32,000 nt of DNA from an uncultured Chloroflexia bacterium (lineage in GTDB: Bacteria; Chloroflexota; Anaerolineae; Anaerolineales; Anaerolineaceae). The stretch is taken from positions 870,001 to 902,000 of the forward strand of contig OY969938.1 in assembly GCA_963704755.1 (NCBI GenBank). The letters are read 5' to 3'. Positions 25,756 to 32,000 of the stretch are shown here, piece by piece. Position numbers and translations under genes: made by a program. Below the pieces are notes generated by a model, which had not been told where the DNA came from, ran no database searches, and saw only the letters and a program-made list of their open reading frames with translations. Each line of letters opens with the position of its first letter. Position 1 is the stretch's first letter.

Positions 25756-27223
25756 ATGACAATTACCGTCGGCGCCTTTTTGCGCAAAACCCGAGAGGAA
25801 CGTGGTTATAGCATCGGTCAAGTCTCGATTGCTACGCGTGTCCGTATTCAGTATCTGCAAGCCCTGGAAGGGGACGAGCCCTCCAATTTACCCTCGAAAG
25901 TGCAGGCACGCGGTTTCCTGCGCATTTACGCTGACTATCTGCATGTTACTGCAGACCCTTTGCTTAAGGCCTGGCCGGACAAACCGGTCGAATTGCCTGA
26001 GGAAACAGCGGAAGAATCTGAGGCCGTTTCACCGGACGGCACCGCCAACAGTCCAGAACCCCAGCCCGAGGAAATCGAGCCTATCCAGGAAGTTCACCTG
26101 AACGAAGAGCCTGAGCCGCCGGCCGTCGAAGAGTACGAAGAGCCGGTCCAGCCGGCCGGTGAATTGACCGGATCAGCCCGGATATTCAAGGATATCGGCG
26201 AAACCTTACACCACCAGCGCGAACAGCTCAGCATTTCGATCGACGATGTCGAACGGTTTACCCGTCTGCGAGCCCGTTACTTGAAAGCCCTGGAATCGGG
26301 CCGGATGGAAGACCTGCCTTCGCTGGTCCAGGGGCGCGGTATGTTGAGCAACTACGCCGCCTTTCTCAACCTGGATACGGAGACCCTGCTGGACCAGTTT
26401 GCCGACGGCCTCCAGGCTCGCCGGATCGAGCTTACCAACCCGGCCCGGGATGTCGCTACCCGGCCGGTCAAGGCGGCAAAAAAGGCCGTCAACCAACCCA
26501 TCTGGCGGCGTTTTATCACTTCGGATCTCATCCTGGGAGTCCTTTTGTTCGGCTTTGTGATTGGCTTTGTCGTCTGGGCCTCTTTACAAATCAACAGCCT
26601 GCGTAAGGTGGACAGCGAGCCAACCCTGCCTTCGATTTCCCAGATTTTGTTGAATTCCGAAGAAACCGGGACACCTCAGCCAGACCTGACCGAAACCATA
26701 CAAATTACCCAGGCCACCGAACCCCAATCCGCGTCGACCGATGAGACAGCGCTTGAGTTAGAGAACCCCAATACCGCCGCTGTGGCAGCGACCCAGGCAA
26801 ATTCCCTCCCGGCCGTAGACAACGCCCAACCGGTTCAAGTCACCATCATTGCGACCCAGCGGGTGTATTTGCAAGTGACCGTGGACAACAAAGTTGCCTT
26901 CCAGGGCCGGACGGTTCCTGGGAACGCCTATTCCTTCTCGAGCGAACTCGCGAATCGAGCTGGTCACCGGTAACGGCGCCGGTTTGCAGGTGGTGTACAA
27001 TCAAACCATTCTGGGTGTACTGGGCAATATGGGTGAAGTCGTGCGCCTGATCTTCACCCCGACCGGCAGTGCAGTCCCGACGGCGATATTCACCAGCACC
27101 CCCACCCAAACCCTGCAGCCAACCGCCACGCACCAACCCACCGCCACAGCTACACCCACGCGCACCATCACCCCCACGGCTTCGCTGACACCTACCCCAA
27201 CCGTCACCCGGTTGGTCCCTTAA
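25756..27223 (+). pseudogene. RodZ-like membrane protein (two HTH domains, TM, DUF4115-like C-terminus, PT-rich tail) interrupted by a 1-nt frameshift near 26941-26955
   Basis: Frame 1 (25750/25756-26973) encodes two RodZ-type HTH segments, a TM helix (LILGVLLFGFVIGFVVWASL) and the start of a C-terminal beta domain, and ends at ...YSFSSELANRAGHR*. The +1 frame (ORF 26894-27223) continues with RIELVTGNGAGLQVVYNQTILGVLGNMGEVVRLIF. That is the expected continuation of the RodZ C-terminal domain. Confidence 0.6.
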
Positions 27224-27295
27224 TGGTCACCGGCCCGCTGAAATGACCAACTCTGGTGTTATTTTTCAGGCGCGGCCTCGTTATTGGAGTGAGAT

Positions 27296-28640
27296 ATGAA
27301 TTCAAAAGGCTTTTATCTGGTATCCCTGGGATGTGCAAAAAATACAGTCGATTCGGACTCGATGGCTACCTTACTGTCCGCAGCCGGGTATAAACCCGTC
27401 GATACCCCCGGCAAAGCCGGGGTAATGATCGTCAATACCTGTGGATTTATTGGCCCGGCCCGGGAAGAATCTCTGCAAGAGCTGCAAAAACTGGCTACAC
27501 GCAAAAAAGATGGGCAAATTCTCATCGCGGCCGGCTGCCTGACCCAGCGCTACCGCGAATGGGTCACCGAGCAGGTGCCCGGTATCGATGGAATCATGGG
27601 AACCCGCCGCTGGATGGACATCCTGGATGTCATCCAGGAAGTGCGCGCTAACCCACCCCGGCCGTTATATCATCTGCCCGATGCCCCCACCGTCGGCCGG
27701 GACGAGCGCGGCGTCATCCGCGCATCCATTGCAGGCGGCAGTGCCTATCTCAAAATTGCCGACGGCTGCCGCCGCCCGTGCGCATTTTGCGCCATCCCGC
27801 TGATCAAAGGCACCCTGGTCAGCCGCCCGGCCGAGACCATCTGGCAGGAAGCCCAGGTACTGGAACAAAGAGGGGTCAAAGAATTGATCCTGATCGCCCA
27901 GGACACGACCGACTACGGCCACGATCTGGGCATCAAAGATGGCCTGCCCGATTTGCTCGAAGGACTGTTGAAAAATACCAACATCCCCTGGATCCGCATT
28001 CTCTACGCCTTCCCCGGTTTCGTCACCGATCACCTGATCGACGTGATGGCCAAAAACCCGCGTGTCCTGCCTTACCTGGATATGCCCCTGCAACACGCCC
28101 ATCCCGACACACTCAAACGCATGCGCCGTCCGGCCAACATGGACTGGGTCCACCGCACGCTGGGTAAAATGCGCCAGGCTGTTCCCAACCTGGCCCTGCG
28201 CAGCACCTTTATCGTGGGGTACCCGGGCGAGACAGAAGACCGAATTCAGCACTCTGCTGGACTTCCTCAAAGAGATCCAGTTCGATCGTGTCGGCGCATT
28301 CACTTTTTCCTTCGAAAAAGGCACGGCCAGTGAGCCGCTGGGTGATCCGCTGCCCGCCGAAGTGAAAGAAGAGCGCTACGGCCGGTTAATGGAGTTACAG
28401 GAAAGCATTTCCCTGCAAAAGAACCAGTCCTACATCGGCAAACGCCTGGACGTGTTGATCGAGGGCAGCAACGATGGCGTATCCATCGGCCGCTCTTACC
28501 GGGATGCACCCGAGATCGACGGCATGGTCATTATCGAAAACGAAGCCCCGGTCGGTGAAATCGTCCCGGTAATGGTCGGCGGCGCCTTGCCCTACGACCT
28601 GACTGCCAGCGTGCTGCCGGTGGCCCAGAAAACCAGCTAA
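27296..28640 (+). pseudogene. rimO: Ribosomal protein S12 methylthiotransferase RimO, interrupted by a 1-nt frameshift at about 28240
   Basis: The N-terminal part contains the MTTase domain (LGCAKN, NTCGF), the radical-SAM cluster CRRPCAFC and ...STFIVGYPGETED. The +1 frame continues EFSTLLDFLKEIQFDRVGAFTFSFEKGTAS through the TRAM domain to 28640. Deleting one C of GACCGAA (28238-28244) restores GYPGETEDEFSTLLDFL, a typical RimO junction. Confidence 0.8.
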
Positions 28641-28643
28641 AGC

Positions 28644-29156
28644 TCAGGAACTGCGCGCGACAGCCGTTAACAACAGCACCAGGACCGATAATATCAGGTT
28701 GAGTCGCAGCATGGCCATTTCGCGCCGCTGTAGTTTGGCTTGCATGGCTTCATCGATGGCCTTACCGGCCGATTGGACCAGCGCGATCCGCCGCAGCGCC
28801 GGGGTAATTCCCCAGGTGATATAAACGCTCGCCACGATCATCACGCCGATCACCAGGTGCTTGCTCAGAATCGCAACCGACCAGGAATTGCGGATATCTA
28901 AAAACCCAAGGTAATTTGGGTTGGCGCTCATCTGGAACATGCCGGTGCAGATCAAAACAGCCAGGCACAGCCAGCCGATTTGCTGGAGCCGGTCCTGAAT
29001 TCTGGCCAGGAATTGGGTGTAACCATCCTGCGACAGGCTTTTGCGCGCAGCCGGGATGACAAAAATTGCCAGGGAAGACAGCCCTCCCAGCCAGACGATG
29101 GTCGCAAGCATGTGCAGCCAGTAAGCAACCGCCAGCGCCCAGTCTGGGAGGTCCAT
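28644..29156 (-). CDS. Small integral membrane protein, CopD-like (tentative)
   Basis: 170 aa with about 4 TM segments. The WLHMLATIVWLGGL pattern recalls CopD/HemJ-type proteins. It starts 4 nt after the upstream gene's stop. Confidence 0.35.
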   Translation of the reverse strand: MDLPDWALAVAYWLHMLATIVWLGGLSSLAIFVIPAARKSLSQDGYTQFLARIQDRLQQIGWLCLAVLICTGMFQMSANPNYLGFLDIRNSWSVAILSKHLVIGVMIVASVYITWGITPALRRIALVQSAGKAIDEAMQAKLQRREMAMLRLNLILSVLVLLLTAVARSS

Positions 29157-29160
29157 AAAT

Positions 29161-30408
29161 CTATCCTACGCTGCCCGACCAGGGCGCCAGGCCCACCGGT
29201 GTGCCGCCTGTATCACCGGTGCCAGAATCACTGCCGGTCGTTGCCGTTGGCTCGGGAGGAGTTGTAGGCGCGGGGGTATAGGTCGGCGGAACAGGCGTAT
29301 TCGTCGGCGCTTCGGTTGGCGCCTGGGGGGTATTGGTTGGGGCTTCACCGGTAGGCGCACCTTCAGTCGGCCCGACCGGTGTCTCGAGTGTCGGCGTCGC
29401 GGTTGGCTGAGTGTTATTATTTTGCGAGCCGGGTGGGTTATTGCAATAATCGGTCGACTGGCTCAATGCTTGCTGTGCATGCGAGTCGGCGCCAATATTC
29501 AAGGAATTCTGATATTGTTGGGCCGCGTCACAATATTTCTTCTCGTCGAACAGTTGGTCACCATAGCCAATCGAAGCCTGGCGAAAACGCTCGGTAGCGG
29601 TCATATTCGAGGAATCGTGCAAACCGGGTAAGGACTGGTAAATTTGGCCGAAAGCAGACACTACCTTGGCCCAATCCACGTCCCAGAAACTGGCCGCCGA
29701 GATATACATGCGGGCCCAATTGCGGTAATTAACCGCATCTACATCCAGCGGGGCGAATTCTTCAGACTCGGTCAGGTAATAGATGCCTACTTCCAGTTCG
29801 CCATCGGTGAGAATTTTTTGGACACCCAGGTTCCGCAGGGCGATGTAATACATCCCGTCCACATCCACAGCCCGGTACTGTAAATCCACATCGCGCAATC
29901 TTTCGATCGTGGTAACGGCATCCTGCCAATTCTGGCCGGTCATATCCTGCTGGATTTGGGAGAATAACTGGTCTTCGTTGCGCGTATCTGCGGTAGGGAT
30001 CGCCGTCGGCGAAGGCTCCGGTGTGGGTGTATCCACGATCGACTGGGCCATCATCACTTCGGTGAGCTTTTCTTCAACACCGGGGAAGGAGGGGTCGATC
30101 GAGATCACGTACTCAAAGCGGGTGCGGGCCACATCGTACCGTCCCGCCTGCAAATCTACGATACCTTGCTGGAATTGTTGGGTCGCTTCAAAAACGACCT
30201 GGTCATTTTGGGCAGCCACGCGCAAGGAAATGCCCTTGAGGTAACCAAAATAACCACCAGCCGCACCACCGACCAGGACAATCACGATACCTACCAGAAT
30301 CACCCAAAAACGCAGGCGTTTTTTCTTTTTCGGTGACCCTGTTACTGTTTCAGCGGAATTATCGATCATGACCGGTTCGGTCTCATTGTCATCTTTGATA
30401 GCCGTCAT
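29161..30408 (-). CDS. Hypothetical membrane-anchored protein with a helical-repeat region and a Pro/Thr-rich C-terminus
   Basis: 415 aa. It has a basic stretch plus TM (KKKKRLRFWVILVGIVIVLVGGAAGGYF), then a TPR-like helical region, then a low-complexity tail with repeated EAPTNTP. It lies 24 nt downstream of murJ. Confidence 0.55.
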   Translation of the reverse strand: MTAIKDDNETEPVMIDNSAETVTGSPKKKKRLRFWVILVGIVIVLVGGAAGGYFGYLKGISLRVAAQNDQVVFEATQQFQQGIVDLQAGRYDVARTRFEYVISIDPSFPGVEEKLTEVMMAQSIVDTPTPEPSPTAIPTADTRNEDQLFSQIQQDMTGQNWQDAVTTIERLRDVDLQYRAVDVDGMYYIALRNLGVQKILTDGELEVGIYYLTESEEFAPLDVDAVNYRNWARMYISAASFWDVDWAKVVSAFGQIYQSLPGLHDSSNMTATERFRQASIGYGDQLFDEKKYCDAAQQYQNSLNIGADSHAQQALSQSTDYCNNPPGSQNNNTQPTATPTLETPVGPTEGAPTGEAPTNTPQAPTEAPTNTPVPPTYTPAPTTPPEPTATTGSDSGTGDTGGTPVGLAPWSGSVG

Positions 30409-30432
30409 GGGCGCAATTATACTCCAGTCCGA

Positions 30433-31974
30433 TTATAACCTGAATAACAACTTGGCTTCTGGCCAAATAAATGGCAGCGCAACCAGTGCTCCACCGGCCA
30501 GGGCAACCCCGCCCTGGAAAATCGGGTGGACTCCGTTCAGCACCGAGATAGCCAGCAAAACGATGATGCTGGCGGCCACACCACCGGCCAGAGCGCGCAA
30601 AAAGCTGGCGCGTACCCTGAATTTTTGCACCATTTTACGATTGAGCAATACCAGCAGCAGCAGCGCCTCGCAGGTTTGGGCGATCGTGTCCGACAGGCTG
30701 ATGCCCGGCGCGCCCAGCCAGTGATAGAACTGGCTGCTGCAAAACAAATAGATGACCAGCGTCAATGCAGAAGCCAACAAAGGCGTTATGGCATTTTGGC
30801 GGGCATAGAACGAGCGGGTAGCCACTTCCACCACCGATTGGCCGAGCAGTCCGGCCATATACGCCCGCGTAACCCACATGAGCAGGTCCGTTCCGGCCGG
30901 GTCGAAACCAAAAGCCAGGGACAGCAGCGGCTGCAAGCCTAACGATAGAACCAGCGCCAGCGGAATGGTCAGGCCGATCAAGACGTTGATGGCCTTGTTG
31001 ACACTGCGCTGAAATTCATCCATCTCTCCGCGAGCGAACTGCTCCGAAAGGGTTGGCAGGATGGCCACCCCAATCGCGGTACCGATCAGGGTTTCCGGTA
31101 CCTGGAAGATCATCCAACCGTAGGTCAGGGCAGTCACTGCGCCTGGAGCCAGCCGCGATGCCAAATTGTCGCGGACGATAAAGATCAATTGGATAAAGAA
31201 CATGGTCGCCAAACGCGGGCCCATCAGGCGCAGCACTTTCAGTACCGGCTCGCTCATGATACCCAGGCCAAAGCTCCATTTAAACTTAAAGCGGATCAGG
31301 CCGGGTATTTGAATGGCCAGGTGCAGGACTGCCCCCAGGATCACGCCGTAAACCAGGCCATAAACTCCCATTCCAAAGGCCGGCAGCGTGATTGGGCCAA
31401 TCTGATAGCCGTGGGTTGGCGCAAGGATAACCGCTCCGAAGATCTGGCCGGTGTTGTACAGCAAAGGCGCGATAGCCGGCAGCAAAAAGTGCTGGTTGGC
31501 CTGCAAGCCCGACATGACCAGCCCGCTGATGGAAAAAATCAGTGTGGCGATCAGGTTCAGGCGCATCAGGTTGACGACCAGGTCTTGCTGGGAGGGGGAA
31601 AACCCGGGCGCGATGCCGATTTGCGAGCGGACCAGGGTACCAGCGGCCAGGGCAAACACCACCGCCAAGCCGGCCGTGACCATGAAGGCCAGGTTGGCAA
31701 TTTTAGAAAACAGGTCCCAGGCGGCCGGTTTGCCGCCCTTGTTGAGCTGTTCGGCCAATATCGGGATCAGCGCCATCCCCATAGCCCCACCCGAAATCAG
31801 GGCAAAGAGCAGGTCGGGAACATTATTGGCGACGTTAAACACATCCAGTTCGGGTGAAAGGCCGAACTGGCGGGCGATGAGGATCTGGCGCACGAACCCT
31901 ACGACTTTATCCAGGCCAAAGAAGACCACCAGAATAAAGGTTGCCCGCGTGACTTGGGTTAGTTTAAATTTCAT
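30433..31974 (-). CDS. murJ: Lipid II flippase MurJ (MviN family)
   Basis: 513 aa and polytopic. The N-terminal LDKVVGFVRQILIARQFGLSPELDVFNVANNVPDLLF block is typical of MurJ. Confidence 0.85.
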   Translation of the reverse strand: MKFKLTQVTRATFILVVFFGLDKVVGFVRQILIARQFGLSPELDVFNVANNVPDLLFALISGGAMGMALIPILAEQLNKGGKPAAWDLFSKIANLAFMVTAGLAVVFALAAGTLVRSQIGIAPGFSPSQQDLVVNLMRLNLIATLIFSISGLVMSGLQANQHFLLPAIAPLLYNTGQIFGAVILAPTHGYQIGPITLPAFGMGVYGLVYGVILGAVLHLAIQIPGLIRFKFKWSFGLGIMSEPVLKVLRLMGPRLATMFFIQLIFIVRDNLASRLAPGAVTALTYGWMIFQVPETLIGTAIGVAILPTLSEQFARGEMDEFQRSVNKAINVLIGLTIPLALVLSLGLQPLLSLAFGFDPAGTDLLMWVTRAYMAGLLGQSVVEVATRSFYARQNAITPLLASALTLVIYLFCSSQFYHWLGAPGISLSDTIAQTCEALLLLVLLNRKMVQKFRVRASFLRALAGGVAASIIVLLAISVLNGVHPIFQGGVALAGGALVALPFIWPEAKLLFRL

Positions 31975-32000
31975 ACCAGGAATTTTATCTGAGAATCCGT

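Noticed and set aside
27090-27215. ACC/CCC-rich repetitive DNA here and at 29170-29400
   Set aside because: This is simply the coding sequence for Pro/Thr-rich linkers or tails of the RodZ-like and 29161-30408 proteins. It is not a tandem DNA repeat with independent structure.

Overview
The window is densely coding and roughly 55% GC by eye. I call 24 protein-coding genes, two of them frameshifted. I found no rRNA, tRNA, CRISPR array, transposase, integrase or recognisable defence gene. Gene content and the Gram-positive-type LexA box fit a Chloroflexota/Anaerolineae-like organism, but that is a guess I cannot verify here.

Gene order:
- A minus-strand purine/ureide catabolic cluster at 325-7450. 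Read in transcription order it is an 8-oxoguanine-deaminase-like amidohydrolase, adenine deaminase, a GntR/HutC regulator, a PyrB-like carbamoyltransferase, a YgeW-like carbamoyltransferase and carbamate kinase.
- folD, ugd, a lipoprotein, an orphan DPPY DNA methyltransferase, uvrA (with a LexA box) and a UMF1-type MFS transporter.
- A 2H-phosphoesterase-like protein, asnB, then methylmalonyl-CoA mutase catalytic domain plus epimerase.
- A CPA2 antiporter with a small PII-like protein, and rplI.
- A RodZ-like protein (frameshifted), rimO (frameshifted), a CopD-like membrane protein, a PT-rich membrane protein and murJ.

I cannot demonstrate a clearly novel multi-gene system. The best candidates are:
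1. The two non-canonical carbamoyltransferases beside carbamate kinase and purine deaminases, which look like an unassigned ATP-yielding ureido-cleavage module.
2. A family of long, perfect hairpin elements of 19-28 bp. Two are homologous copies about 110 bp long that differ by a compensatory stem substitution. Three others have a GGCTT(C/T)GCC centre. Several sit in divergent promoter regions where a terminator makes no sense.
3. The antiporter/PII-like gene pair.
4. An intrinsic terminator with no ORF attached, in a 640-nt gap (candidate sRNA).
5. Two neighbouring genes that each carry a 1-nt frameshift.

Everything here comes from reading the sequence and from remembered family motifs. No searches or folding calculations were run.
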